A stretch of 64,000 nucleotides of DNA from Eledone cirrhosa (taxonomy: Eukaryota): positions 62,248,001 to 62,312,000 of the forward strand of contig OZ024744.1 of the NCBI GenBank assembly GCA_964016885.1, given 5' to 3'. Position 1 is the stretch's first letter; each line of letters begins with the position of its first letter. The notes below the pieces were generated by a model. It was not told the DNA's origin and did no database searches. It worked only from the letters and a program-made list of their open reading frames with translations. The translations under genes and the position numbers were made by a program. Below are positions 63,726-64,000 of this stretch, in pieces.

Positions 63726-63881
63726 ATGATGATGATGATGCCGCTGGTGTTGCTGTAAATGTTCATTTCAATTCATTCTGAAGCTGTTGTTGCTGTAAAC
63801 ATTAGTGCCGGTGTTGTTGTTGTTGTTGTAGATGTTGGGGTTGAAATCTGGTCGTTTGACTGAGTGATGTATACACACATA

Positions 63882-64000
63882 TGGTGGCTGCCAACTCGTT
63901 TTCGAGTACGGCCACTACTTTATATCCATGTAGGAGAACTCCTACCGATGCGCTGAATGAGTGACTTTTTAGTCCAGCCACCGACTTGAAAACTCTGGTA
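63882..64000 (-). mobile_element. 3' end of the RTE-derived family seen at 56483-56603 (runs off the window)
   Basis: ggtggctgccaactcgtttt...cgacttgaaaactctggta nearly identical to 56484-56603. Confidence 0.85.

Overview
AT-rich animal genomic DNA made almost entirely of transposable elements and microsatellites. The SINE/LINE repertoire looks cephalopod (Octopus-like), which is an inference. No host gene is supported. Positions 1-22.7 kb are a stack of seven retroelement insertions, each separated by (TA)n/(TATC)n tracts: two near-intact RTE LINEs, an RTE/Tx1 chimera, a CR1-group LINE, an internally deleted and a full-length Tx1 LINE, and a Penelope-like fragment. The rest holds decayed RTE, CR1, Penelope, Tc1/mariner, piggyBac-type MITE, Helitron and tRNA-SINE copies. 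Most notable: (i) three RTE subfamilies carry a complete C4HC3 PHD finger inserted inside the reverse transcriptase; (ii) several minimal hammerhead ribozymes, some in TA-embedded hairpin elements, with a recurring U/U pair closing stem II; (iii) a twister-topology RNA motif in a non-autonomous RTE derivative; (iv) a LINE ORF1 combining a Myb/SANT-like domain with a CCCH finger; (v) a palindrome carrying a Helitron 3'-5' junction on both strands. Family assignments and RNA folds come from motif recognition by eye; boundaries of decayed copies are approximate.
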